A stretch of DNA of 64,000 bases, taken from positions 72,087-136,086 of the forward strand of contig CAVRGH010000003.1 of the NCBI GenBank assembly GCA_963720675.1, in the 5' to 3' direction. The notes beneath the pieces were generated by a model. The model was given only the letters and a program-made list of their open reading frames with translations, made no database searches and was not told the origin of the DNA. The position numbers and the translations under genes were made by a program. Origin of the DNA: an uncultured Acidimicrobiia bacterium (GTDB taxonomy: Bacteria; Actinomycetota; Acidimicrobiia; IMCC26256; PALSA-555). Shown piece after piece: positions 20,528 through 29,426 of this stretch (position 1 is its first letter; the number at the start of each line of letters is the position of its first letter).

Positions 20528-21598
20528 TCATCCAGTGACCTCTCTCCAGGTCTCGAGCAGCGCCTCGAGCGAGCCGGCCGTCGGGAGGTTCGGGCGGGCC
20601 GGCAGGACCGGGGTGCTGCGCACACCCTTGGCCCGGGGCTCGCCGTCGACCCGCCATCCGGCTCGGGCGAGGGCTGCCCGTCCATCATCGCCGGTGAGGA
20701 GGTCGCGCAGGTCGTCACCCCCTGACCCGCCGGTGATCGGGGCGTACACGACATCCGCACTGGCCACCGGCGCCGGGTAGAGCAGCCGCAGCTGGGCCCG
20801 ACGGTCGGCCGACGCCGCCGCGAGCAGCGGGCCCGCCTCGGCCTCGGTGGTGCCCACCACGTCGTAGATCGCGGGTCCGCCGACGAGCATCCGCTCGAAC
20901 GCCGAGCCGGGGTCGAAGCGGATCGAGCGCTCGAGGCGGCCGAACCAGTCGAGGAACCCGTCGTCGGCGTAGTCGTCTCGGGAGAGGTCGGTGCGGCCGA
21001 AGTACTGCGTGGCCGCCTGGCCGATCACGAGGAGCCCGATCCCGTCGGTCGCCGGGTCGGCGTGACCCGGCTTCACCGTGCCCCACGCGGCCGAGCCGCC
21101 GATCGACGACCACGGTGCCCCCGCCACGTCACCGATGCACTTCCAGTCCAGCTGCTTGCCCCCGCACCGGGCCGCGAGGACATCCGCGCGGTCCTTCCAG
21201 ATCGCGAGCACGAGGGGCGACCGCCCGATCGGCGGAGACGGCGAGCCGACGATGCGGGGCAGGCCCGTGCGCTCCCGAGCGTCGCGCACGATCTCGGCCT
21301 CGCGGCCGAGGGTGAGCCAGCCGTCGTACGGGAGATCGCCGGGGTTGGAGCGGCTCAGCTCGTCGGCGCTGACCCCGGCCGGGGCGATCGTCACGTCGAT
21401 GCCGAGGTCCGAGCTCGCAAGCGTGTCGCACGCACCGAGCTCACTCGCGCACAGGAGACGCAGCGCGCGGTCCGGAGGACCGTCGCTGCCGCCACCCCCG
21501 CCGCCGTTGCCGTCGAGGAGCGCACGGATCCCGAACGCGCCGCCGATGAGCGCGAGCGCCACGACGACGGCGAGCACGCGCTTCGCAGCGATCGACAT
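20528..21598 (-). CDS. Membrane-anchored secreted protein, solute-binding-protein-like
   Basis: The ORF is intact at 356 aa. It has an N-terminal TM span (MSIAAKRVLAVVVALALIGGAFGI), a Gly-rich linker and a domain with the same architecture as the N-terminal half of the 18606-20430 protein. Confidence 0.65.
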   Translation of the reverse strand: MSIAAKRVLAVVVALALIGGAFGIRALLDGNGGGGGGSDGPPDRALRLLCASELGACDTLASSDLGIDVTIAPAGVSADELSRSNPGDLPYDGWLTLGREAEIVRDARERTGLPRIVGSPSPPIGRSPLVLAIWKDRADVLAARCGGKQLDWKCIGDVAGAPWSSIGGSAAWGTVKPGHADPATDGIGLLVIGQAATQYFGRTDLSRDDYADDGFLDWFGRLERSIRFDPGSAFERMLVGGPAIYDVVGTTEAEAGPLLAAASADRRAQLRLLYPAPVASADVVYAPITGGSGGDDLRDLLTGDDGRAALARAGWRVDGEPRAKGVRSTPVLPARPNLPTAGSLEALLETWREVTG

Positions 21599-21602
21599 CC
21601 GG

Positions 21603-23000
21603 TCAGACCTTCACGGGCGGCACGTCGGCGGCGACGAGTGTGACGAGCTGCTCGTTCGTCGGGTTGGCGTCGTCGACGATCCGCGAGGCCTGCCGCGTGA
21701 CGCACTCCTCGAACAGGTTGCGGGCGAGCCGACCGTTGCCGAACGTCTCGCCCCGCGGCTGCGCCGCGAGGTATGCCTTGACCGCGGCGCGCCCGGACTC
21801 GTCGAGCTGGTAGTGGTGCTCCTTGCCGATCCCCTCGAAGATCGCGACGAGCTCGTCGTCGCTGTAGTCGGGGAACTCGATGGTCTTCGGGAACCGCGAG
21901 CGCAGCCCGGGGTTCGACTCGAGGAACTTGTTCATCGGCGTGGGGTACCCGGCCACGATCACGATCAGGTCGTCGCGGTCGTCCTCCATGCGCTTCAGGA
22001 GCGTCGCGACGGCTTCCGCGCCGAAGTCCTGCTCGCTGTCCGTCGTGAGCGCGTACGCCTCGTCGATGAAGAGGATGCCGCCCTTGGCCTCGTCGCAGAC
22101 CTTGTTGACCTTGGTCGCGGTCTGGCCGACGTACCCGGCGACCAGCCCCGAGCGATCGGTCTCGACGAGATGACCCTTCGAGACCACCTTCAGCACCTTG
22201 TAGAAGCGAGCGAGCAGTCGCGCCACGGTCGTCTTGCCGGTGCCCGGGTTGCCGACGAACACGAGGTGCAGGCTTCGGTCGACGACCGGCAGCAATCGCT
22301 CGCGACGCAGGTTCTCGACGCGCACGAGGTTGGTGAGCAGGCGGACCTCGGTCTTCACCGCCTCGAGACCGATGAGGCCGTCGAGCTCCGCGAGGAGGGA
22401 CTCGACCGTGTCCGCAGGCTTCTCGGGGGCACCGGGCTCGCCCGGCGGACGGGGACCGGAGTCGGCCGGCCGCTCGATCGCCGCTGCGGTGATCCGGCGC
22501 AGCATCATCGCCCGGAGCGTGTCGACCGCGAGCAGCTCCTCGCGGGTGGGGGTCGGGTCGATCGCGCACGACGCGTGGGCGACCCGCAGCGCGGCGTCGT
22601 AGTAGCGCCACGAGTGCGCCGTGTGCTCGCGCTCGTCGGTGGCGACGATGGTCTCGAACAGCGGCGACGGTGTGACCGTGAAGCCCCGGTGCTGACCGAT
22701 CGCCGCGCTGTCGCGGAGTGAGGCGGGGGTGGCACCGCGTAGCGACTCGAACCAGGGCGCGAGCGCCTCCGCGAACGCGGCGAGCTCGGCGTCGCTGGGG
22801 TGGCCGTCGGCCGAGATCACGCTCGCGGCGACTGCCTGGGCTTCGAGCGCCGCGTCGCGCTCGATCGCGGCCGGGTCGGGAGGCGTGGCCGCGTGCTGCT
22901 GGAGCTCGCCGAGGACCTGGGTCAGCTCGGTGACGAAGGCGCGGACGGGCTCGCCGAGGAGGCCTCCGCCGGACCCCGCCCCACTGTCCGTGTCGGCCAT
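21603..23000 (-). CDS. CbxX/SpoVK-type AAA+ ATPase with a helical N-terminal (TerB-like?) domain
   Basis: ATG 23000 (MADTDSGAGSGGG). The AAA core reads LIGLEAVKTEVRLLTNLVRVENLRRERLL...HLVFVGNPGTGKTTVARLLARFY (Walker A), GGILFIDEAYAL (Walker B) and NPGLRSRFPKTIEFPDY. The N-terminus carries SADGHPSDAELAAFAEAL. Confidence 0.85.
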   Translation of the reverse strand: MADTDSGAGSGGGLLGEPVRAFVTELTQVLGELQQHAATPPDPAAIERDAALEAQAVAASVISADGHPSDAELAAFAEALAPWFESLRGATPASLRDSAAIGQHRGFTVTPSPLFETIVATDEREHTAHSWRYYDAALRVAHASCAIDPTPTREELLAVDTLRAMMLRRITAAAIERPADSGPRPPGEPGAPEKPADTVESLLAELDGLIGLEAVKTEVRLLTNLVRVENLRRERLLPVVDRSLHLVFVGNPGTGKTTVARLLARFYKVLKVVSKGHLVETDRSGLVAGYVGQTATKVNKVCDEAKGGILFIDEAYALTTDSEQDFGAEAVATLLKRMEDDRDDLIVIVAGYPTPMNKFLESNPGLRSRFPKTIEFPDYSDDELVAIFEGIGKEHHYQLDESGRAAVKAYLAAQPRGETFGNGRLARNLFEECVTRQASRIVDDANPTNEQLVTLVAADVPPVKV

Positions 23001-24014
23001 GCTTCCCTCGAGTCCGATCCGTCGCGAGGCCCCATCCTTCCATTCGCGGGGCGCTCGCCCGAGGGCGTGGCGTCGCCGGCGCCCCGGTCGGGAGCGCCGT
23101 CGTGGGTGCCGTCGAGGAACGCCGCCACCGTGTCGACGAACCACTCGGGCTCCTCGAGCTGGGGTGCGTGGCCGACGCCCTTCGAGCACGCAGAGGTCGA
23201 GCGTGGCGTGGCGCGCCGCGGCAGCGTGGGCGAAGCCGACGCTGACGAGCTGGTCCTCGGCGCCGTGCAGCAGGAGGGTGGGCCGGGCGGACGCAGCGAG
23301 CGCGAGGTCGGCGTCGAAGTCGCCGGCGACCTCCTGGAGGAGCGTCCGCGCCGCGTCGGCGTAGGCGGCCGCGGCCTCCGGGTAGGCATAGCGCTCGGCG
23401 GCGAGGAGGACGATGCGTCGGCGCAGGTCGGGGTCGAGGCGCTCCGGGTCGTGAAGGGTCATGCCGAGGCTCAGGTCCACGAGCCGCTCCGGGCCGAGCA
23501 TGCGCGCCCGCGCCGACACCGTGCGACGCCCGAGCGACGGCATCATCACCGGCATGTAGCGCGCGGCCCGCAACCACGATGACGGGGGGATCCGGCCCCA
23601 GGGCAGTGCGGGGTTCACGAGGACGAGCGCCTCGACGAGGTCGGGCCGTCGGGCGGTGACACCGGTCGCGATCACGCCGCCCATCGAGTTGCCGAGCACC
23701 GTGGCCGGCCCGGTCTGCTCGAGCAGCGTGAGGACGAGGTCCCGGTTCGACTGCACGGTCGCGGCGCGCTCGGGTGCGCGTGTGCGACCGAACCCGATCA
23801 GGTCGATGGCGGTCACCGTGGCGTCGAAGCGGTCGGCGAGGAGCTGTCCGACGGGTTGCCACGAGAGCGTGTTCGCGCCGAGGCCGTGGACGAGGAGCAT
23901 GCGGCGCTCGGGCCGGTCGGAGCGACGCGGGGACGTCCGAGCTCCAGGGACCCACGCCATGCTGTGCACGCGCACGCCATCGACGTCGAGGTACTGCACG
24001 GTTCCGGGGGCCAC
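22922..24014 (-). pseudogene. Alpha/beta hydrolase fold protein, one frame break near the C-terminus
   Basis: It reads MLLVHGLGANTLSW...VLGNSMGGVIA (GxSxG)...LLLHGAEDQLV...LDLCVLEG, then continues as VGHAPQLEEPEWFVDTVAAFL in another frame (GGG/CCC run at 23178-23180). In the ORF track it is artificially fused to the AAA+ ORF. Confidence 0.7.
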
Positions 24015-24093
24015 GGCACCAGGCTACGTGGTGGCGCGCGAGGCTGACGCCGTGCCGAAGCCCAGCCGCGCGTGGTCACTCGAGTTCGCGCAG

Positions 24094-24777
24094 ATGGATG
24101 CCGGACCCTGGGTCGCGGGCTTCGTGCGACTCGAGCTCCGACCGGATGACGGTGTCGCGTGGTACTGGGCCTACGTCCTCGGCGGCGACGTCGGACTGGT
24201 CGTCGTGCGTGACCACGAGGTGCCGCTCCCGCGAGGCGACCAGCTCGTCGTGCGGGCCGAAGGACTCTGGGCGGAGCTCGTCTGCGAGACACCCGCCGAG
24301 CACTGGAGCATCGGGCTGGAAGCGTTCGGGGTGCGGCTCGACGATCCCGCGGACGGCCTTCGCGGTGAGATCGGGGAGCGACTCGCGGTTGGGCTCGACC
24401 TGGAGTGGGAGGTGGCACCGGACGCCGCGCCGCGAGGAGGGCCGGTCGATGGAACGGTCTTCGGCGAGGTGCTCGTCGGCCGGGACCGGATCGCAATCGA
24501 CGCCCCGGGCACGTTCCGCGAGGAGGACGGCCCGTCCGACTGGGTCACGACGGCCGGCTTCGCAGCCGAACGGGATGCGGATGGTCTGCCGCGGTCGGTG
24601 ACCCGGGTGGGCGGGGACCAGCCGATGCCGGTCGAGGTCCTCGGGCTGGCGGTCCTGCCGCTCACCGGGCCCGGAACGGAGGCGCCCGCAGCCTTGGTCC
24701 GCGTCCTGGGTCGGTGGACGGACGACGATGGGGCGACCAAGGTGGGCTGGGTCGACCTGGTGGAGCAGCGATCATGA
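24094..24777 (+). CDS. Hypothetical protein
   Basis: The start is ATG 24094 (alternative GTG 24028). Codons are GC3-rich and the translation is non-repetitive (WYWAYVLGGDVGLVVVRDHEVPLPRGD...). The stop overlaps the next ATG (ATGA). Confidence 0.55.
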   Translation: MDAGPWVAGFVRLELRPDDGVAWYWAYVLGGDVGLVVVRDHEVPLPRGDQLVVRAEGLWAELVCETPAEHWSIGLEAFGVRLDDPADGLRGEIGERLAVGLDLEWEVAPDAAPRGGPVDGTVFGEVLVGRDRIAIDAPGTFREEDGPSDWVTTAGFAAERDADGLPRSVTRVGGDQPMPVEVLGLAVLPLTGPGTEAPAALVRVLGRWTDDDGATKVGWVDLVEQRS

Positions 24778-25934
24778 GCGAGACGCCAACCGAACCGCCC
24801 GCGCCGCAGCAACCGGCCGAGCGTCCGCCCGCCGCACCCGAGGCGTCCCCGCCGGAGCCCGTCGCGCCGGAGTCCGTCGCGCCCGAGCCCGTCGCGCCAC
24901 CGGCGGCCGCGCACCACCCGGCCGCGCTCATCGTCGCCGGGACGCTCGCGTTCGTGGCCGCGGCGGCCACCATCGGGGGTCTGTTCCCCGACTTCTGGGA
25001 CAGCGGCACGTTCGCGCTCGTCGAACTCACCGGTCCGCTCGCGCAGCAGCTGGTGTTCGCGGCGAGCTTGTTCGCGGTCGGCGTCGCGCTCCTGAGTCGC
25101 CGCACCTCCGCCGCGGGTGCTGCTGGCGCAGCAGTCGTGGTCCTGATCGGTCTCCAGCCACGCGTCGTCGACGTGGTCACGCTCACCGACGAGCGCGGCC
25201 CGCGTGGCGGTGCAGGCTTCTCGCTCACGGTCGGTGGCTTCGTCCTCGCGCTCGTGGCGGCGGCGTTGGCGGCAGCCGTGGAGCTCCGGCCGCGGGCGTG
25301 GACCCTGCGCGGCGGTGCGCGGGCGTGGACGACGTTCGCCGCGTTGTTCGGCTTCGCCGCGGCCGTGGGGTACACGATGGAGCCGTTCCAGGCCTCCGTG
25401 TCGCGCCGCTCACCGTTCTTCTTCTCCTACGGCAGTCCGTTCGAGACGATCGGGGGCCCGCGCTCGCTCTGGGTCGCGGTGCTCGTGGTCGTGCTGCTCG
25501 CGGTCGTGCCGCCGACCTCGGTGGCGGTCGGGCGGTCGATCGGTGTCGGTCTCGCGTTCGGGCTCCTCGGCGCGATGGGCGGCATCACCGCCCTGCGGCT
25601 GGGGGAGACGTTCGGCACGTCGAGCACCGACTTCACGGGCGTCGGTGGCGCGGAAGGGACGTGGACGTTCCTGGCCGCGTCGGGGGCGACGCTGCTGGCC
25701 GTGTTCGGCGGCCTTGCCGCCGGCCGCGGCCGGATCCCGAGGCGTCCGGCGTCGGCCGCACGCCCGGTCGCCGACGCCGCAACCGAGGCCACGCCCACAC
25801 TCGTGCCGCCCGAGGGTGCCCCGGACCCGGGATCCGACCCCGGAGCACCGGGCGCGCCCGCCGCCGCGCGGCCCGAGCCCGTCCCCGCCTGGGGAAACCC
25901 GGTGGATCCGCAGCCCCCGAAGGCGACACCATGA
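24774..25934 (+). CDS. Polytopic membrane protein with Pro-rich N- and C-terminal tails
   Basis: ATG 24774. A PEPVA/PESVA/PEPVA repeat is followed by at least 6 hydrophobic spans. The stop overlaps the next ATG. Confidence 0.6.
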   Translation: MSETPTEPPAPQQPAERPPAAPEASPPEPVAPESVAPEPVAPPAAAHHPAALIVAGTLAFVAAAATIGGLFPDFWDSGTFALVELTGPLAQQLVFAASLFAVGVALLSRRTSAAGAAGAAVVVLIGLQPRVVDVVTLTDERGPRGGAGFSLTVGGFVLALVAAALAAAVELRPRAWTLRGGARAWTTFAALFGFAAAVGYTMEPFQASVSRRSPFFFSYGSPFETIGGPRSLWVAVLVVVLLAVVPPTSVAVGRSIGVGLAFGLLGAMGGITALRLGETFGTSSTDFTGVGGAEGTWTFLAASGATLLAVFGGLAAGRGRIPRRPASAARPVADAATEATPTLVPPEGAPDPGSDPGAPGAPAAARPEPVPAWGNPVDPQPPKATP

Positions 25935-26410
25935 CCGGCATGTTCGAGGGCCGGGTCGTCGCCATCTACACCGCGCCCGGCGAGGGCACGCCGATGGAGG
26001 CACGCGACGAGGCCCTGGCCCTGGCCGGCATGGGGCTCGACGGTGACCGTTACGCGATCGAAGCCGGCAAGTACTCAGGTACCAAGGTCGGCAAGCGCGC
26101 CGTCACACTCATCGAGCGCGAGGCCGTCGCGATGGCGAACGACACGTACGACCTCGGGATGACCGAGCAGGAGACGCGCCGCAACGTGGTCGTCGAGGGC
26201 GTGCCGCTCAACCACCTGGTCGGGCGCGAGTTCCTCGTCGGCGGTGTCCGGCTGCGCGGCTTCGACCTGTCCGAGCCCTGCGTCTACCTCGAGGAGCTCA
26301 CCGGCAAGCCGGCCCGCAAGGCCTTCCTGCACCGCGGCGGGCTCCGGGCCGAGATCCTCGAGGGCGGTCCCATCCGCATCGGTGACGCCGTGCGTCCCGA
26401 CGCGACCTGA
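25931..26410 (+). CDS. MOSC domain-containing protein
   Basis: It reads MTGMFEGRVVAIYTAPGEG...GMGLDGDRY...TLIEREAV...RRNVVVEGVPLNHLVGREFLVGGVRLRGFDLSEPCVYLE...GGLRAEILEGG. Confidence 0.85.
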   Translation: MTGMFEGRVVAIYTAPGEGTPMEARDEALALAGMGLDGDRYAIEAGKYSGTKVGKRAVTLIEREAVAMANDTYDLGMTEQETRRNVVVEGVPLNHLVGREFLVGGVRLRGFDLSEPCVYLEELTGKPARKAFLHRGGLRAEILEGGPIRIGDAVRPDAT

Positions 26411-26432
26411 CCCTCGCGGGAGGGGCGACGCC

Positions 26433-26864
26433 ATGAGCCTCGACCCGCAGGCGCTGGATGCGGCCGCCCTCGCCTTCCTCGCCGAACGCCACGTCGGCAC
26501 GCTCACGACGTTGCGGCCCGACGGCTCGCCGCACGTCTGCGCGATCGCGTTCACCTGGGACGACGACGCGAAGCTCGCGCGCGCCATCACGTCCGAGGGC
26601 AGCATCAAGGTGCGCAACGTCGAGTGGGCCGACGCCGGGGGCGCGCCTGGCGCGCGCGTCGTCGCGGCGCAGGTCGACGGCCCGCGCTGGCTCGCCCTCG
26701 AGGGGCGAGCCCGCGTGACGCGAGATCCCGACGCGGTCGCCGAAGCGGTGCGACGGCACGGTGCGCGCTACCGCGTCCCCGGAGAGAACCCCCGGCGGGT
26801 CGCGATCGAGATCGCGGTCGACCGGGTCCTCGGTCGGGCGTCCACGCCGAGCGCGGGGCGTTGA
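26433..26864 (+). CDS. PPOX-class (pyridoxamine 5'-phosphate oxidase-like) probable F420-dependent enzyme
   Basis: ATG 26433 follows GGGAGGGG. It reads FLAERHVGTLTTLRPDGSPHVCAIAFTWD...RWLALEGRARV. Confidence 0.75.
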   Translation: MSLDPQALDAAALAFLAERHVGTLTTLRPDGSPHVCAIAFTWDDDAKLARAITSEGSIKVRNVEWADAGGAPGARVVAAQVDGPRWLALEGRARVTRDPDAVAEAVRRHGARYRVPGENPRRVAIEIAVDRVLGRASTPSAGR

Positions 26865-26886
26865 TCACCCTCTAGCGTGCGGACCC

Positions 26887-27978
26887 ATGGCTGACAAGCA
26901 GTACGAGACCGGCGCGGTCGTGCGCGAGCTCATCGAGACGCTGGGCTCGCTCGACCAGCAGTTCCTCACCGGGCCCAACGCCCTCACCGACGAGCAACAG
27001 GTGCTCGAGGGCTACAAGTGGATGTTCTCCATCCTCCAGGTCGCGCTCGACGTGCAGGTGTGGGCCGACCCTGCGAACCCACGGTTCGTGGAGATCGTCG
27101 GGCCCTACAAGAAGTGGGGCGGCGACAACTCCGACGCCTACTACCAGCACGCGCCGGTCGATCCGGCCCGCACGTACCGAGTCAGCGGGAAGATCGGTGA
27201 CGCGGTGTACCTGTCACTCACCGTGTACGGCGGTCCGCGTGACGGGCGGTACTCGGAGCGGATCGTCAAGTCGTTCAACGACCGTGACGACCTCGACCTC
27301 GGGCCCGATGGGTCCTTCGAGTTCATGATGGCGAAGCAGCGACCGGCCGGATGGGACGGTCCGTTCCTGCAGCTCGAGGACGACGCCGTCGTCGCGATCA
27401 CACGCGACTACCTCGAGGACCCCTTCAAGGGGACGCGCTGTACCTGGCACATCGAGTCGCTCGACCCGCCGGCAACCTTCCGGGAGAGCGACGCCGACCT
27501 CGCCCGCCGGTTCCGTGCCGCGGTGACCTGGCTGCAGGAACAGTCCCAGATGGTGCCGCTCGGGCTCGGTGAGACGAACCAGATCGACGAGCCCTACGGC
27601 GTGCAGAAGGTGACCTTCGGGTGGGCCGCGGGCGACGCCGCGTACGCCATGGGGAGCTTCGACCTCGCCGACGACGAAGCCCTCGTGATCAAGGGGCGCT
27701 CGCCCGAGTGCGCGTTCTGGAACTGCTGCCTCTGGAACCAGTTCATGCACACGTACAACTACGACTACGAGCAGGTCACGATCAACGGCGCGCAGACCAC
27801 CTACGAGGACGACGGATCCTGGACGATCATCGTGGCGGCGCAGGACCCCGGCCGACCGAACTGGCTCTCCACCGCGGGGCACCCGCGCGGCCGGATCTGG
27901 TTCCGGTGGTTCTACCCGTCGGCCACCCCCGACCGTCCGACCACCGAGGTCGTGAAGGTCGCCGCGCTGCGGGGTTGA
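26887..27978 (+). CDS. Conserved hypothetical protein (DUF1214-like, tentative)
   Basis: The ORF is intact from ATG 26887. The translation is globular and non-repetitive (GYKWMFSILQVALDV...AFWNCCLWNQFMHTYNYDY...). Confidence 0.6.
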   Translation: MADKQYETGAVVRELIETLGSLDQQFLTGPNALTDEQQVLEGYKWMFSILQVALDVQVWADPANPRFVEIVGPYKKWGGDNSDAYYQHAPVDPARTYRVSGKIGDAVYLSLTVYGGPRDGRYSERIVKSFNDRDDLDLGPDGSFEFMMAKQRPAGWDGPFLQLEDDAVVAITRDYLEDPFKGTRCTWHIESLDPPATFRESDADLARRFRAAVTWLQEQSQMVPLGLGETNQIDEPYGVQKVTFGWAAGDAAYAMGSFDLADDEALVIKGRSPECAFWNCCLWNQFMHTYNYDYEQVTINGAQTTYEDDGSWTIIVAAQDPGRPNWLSTAGHPRGRIWFRWFYPSATPDRPTTEVVKVAALRG

Positions 27979-27986
27979 GGGGCGGC

Positions 27987-29258
27987 TCAGTGCTCGAGGG
28001 TGACGTCGAACCGGTCCGTGTAGTCGCGGAGCCGCTCGCGGAGCTCGGCGGGATGGAGATCGAAGTCCCCCTCGGGGTCGTAGATCACGCTGCCGTGGAC
28101 GCCGCGTGGGTGCGTGGCGATGAACGCCTCCATCGCGACACGTCCTTCGTCGGTGAACGGTTGGCCCGCGACCTCGTAGATCCGCTGCACCATGGCGAGA
28201 TCGTCGGCCATGAACTCGTCGAACCGGACGTCGATGGTGCGGTCGACCGGGAGGAGGTCGTGGTCGCGCATGCCGGCTCGGAGCATCTCCTCGATGCGGT
28301 CGGCCCAGTACTGTCCGATCTTCGGCGGGTCGACATGCGCGGCGCTGAAGCGTGCGGTGTACGCGATCATCTCCGCGTTCGACGCGATCACCGCGACGGG
28401 ATCGCGGTGGGTGAACACGAACGTCGCATCGGGGTACACGTTGAGCAGGGGTTGGATCTGCTCGAGGTGCTGCGGTGACTTCAGCACCCAGCGGTCCCCG
28501 CCGCGCAGCCACTGCGCGCACTGCAGGACGCGCTTGAGGTAGGCGTAGGCCGGAGTCTGGTCCGACTCGACGTACCACTCGCGCCAGCTCGGCATGATCC
28601 CCATCGTCTCGAAGAGCATCGATGACCCGGCGATGCCGAGCAGCTGGATCTCTTCGTGCACGTGCTCGACCGTCATCTCGTGCATCCGCTTGAAGTACGG
28701 GAGCGCATCGTTGAGGATCGTGAGGCCCATGGCGCAGCGCTCGAGACGCGGGTCAGGGGCACCAGCCGCTACCGCGGCCCGTTCCGCGGCCGGCGGGACG
28801 GGCTCGAGGCTCTCCCAGTAGCGCAGGGACCGCAGCGCCGGGTCTTCGGCCATGAGGTTGTGCAGGTGCGTCGTCCCGGTGCGCGGCTGACCGACGATCA
28901 CGATCGGTCGCGGGACTTCGACGTCGAGGATCTCGGGGTGCTCGTGCACGATCGCCTCGACCTGGAGCCGGTTCTTCATGTGCGTGAGCATCTGGCTCTG
29001 CGAGCTGATCCGTCCCCAGGCCGACAGCCCGGCCTCCGTGTCGAGCGCGCGCAGGATCACGCCCATGGGCTCGCGGAACCAGTCGTCGCCGAAGTCGTCG
29101 AGACCCGTCTCCGCGCTCGCCTGGGCGAGCAGGTCGTCGAGGTCGAAGCTGATGTCGGCCGCCATCGGCGCGACCGCATCCATCATCTCCGTGATGTGGG
29201 GCGGGAAGGCGGGTGTCGCGAGGTCGTCGATGCGGACCGGTGCCGGCCGTTCAGTCAT
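27987..29258 (-). CDS. Sulfotransferase family protein
   Basis: ATG 29258 (MTERPAPV). The PAPS loop is IVIVGQPRTGTTHLHNLM, followed by FVFTHRDPVAVIASN. The ORF is intact. Confidence 0.85.
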   Translation of the reverse strand: MTERPAPVRIDDLATPAFPPHITEMMDAVAPMAADISFDLDDLLAQASAETGLDDFGDDWFREPMGVILRALDTEAGLSAWGRISSQSQMLTHMKNRLQVEAIVHEHPEILDVEVPRPIVIVGQPRTGTTHLHNLMAEDPALRSLRYWESLEPVPPAAERAAVAAGAPDPRLERCAMGLTILNDALPYFKRMHEMTVEHVHEEIQLLGIAGSSMLFETMGIMPSWREWYVESDQTPAYAYLKRVLQCAQWLRGGDRWVLKSPQHLEQIQPLLNVYPDATFVFTHRDPVAVIASNAEMIAYTARFSAAHVDPPKIGQYWADRIEEMLRAGMRDHDLLPVDRTIDVRFDEFMADDLAMVQRIYEVAGQPFTDEGRVAMEAFIATHPRGVHGSVIYDPEGDFDLHPAELRERLRDYTDRFDVTLEH

Positions 29259-29426
29259 GCCGGGCAGCGTCGCAGTCGATCCTTCCCGGAGTCCAGTGCG
29301 GTCACCGGGCGTGCGGCGGGGGGTCGTGCGCTCCACGCCCGAGCGTCGGCGTGGCGGTGACTCCCGATCCCCCTCGCGCCCTCACCGCCGCGCCGATCTC
29401 GGGTGCTCGCCCCTGCGGGGACGGCC

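Noticed and set aside
21603-24014. 803-aa hydrolase-AAA+ fusion protein as listed in the ORF track
   Set aside because: The alpha/beta hydrolase motif VGHAPQLEEPEWF continues in another frame after LDLCVLEG. The linker in the listed frame is Arg-rich nonsense. The AAA+ protein has its own ATG at 23000. The fusion is produced by a single-base indel.
24852-24896. Three tandem 15-nt repeats (CCGGAGCCCGTCGCG-like)
   Set aside because: They lie inside a coding region and encode PEPVA-PESVA-PEPVA in the Pro-rich N-terminal tail of the membrane protein. They are not a CRISPR or regulatory repeat. Other tandem or low-complexity stretches are likewise coding low-complexity: poly-Thr codons at 39361-39450, the Ser/Gly region at 35280-35400 and the GGE repeats at 46983-47030.
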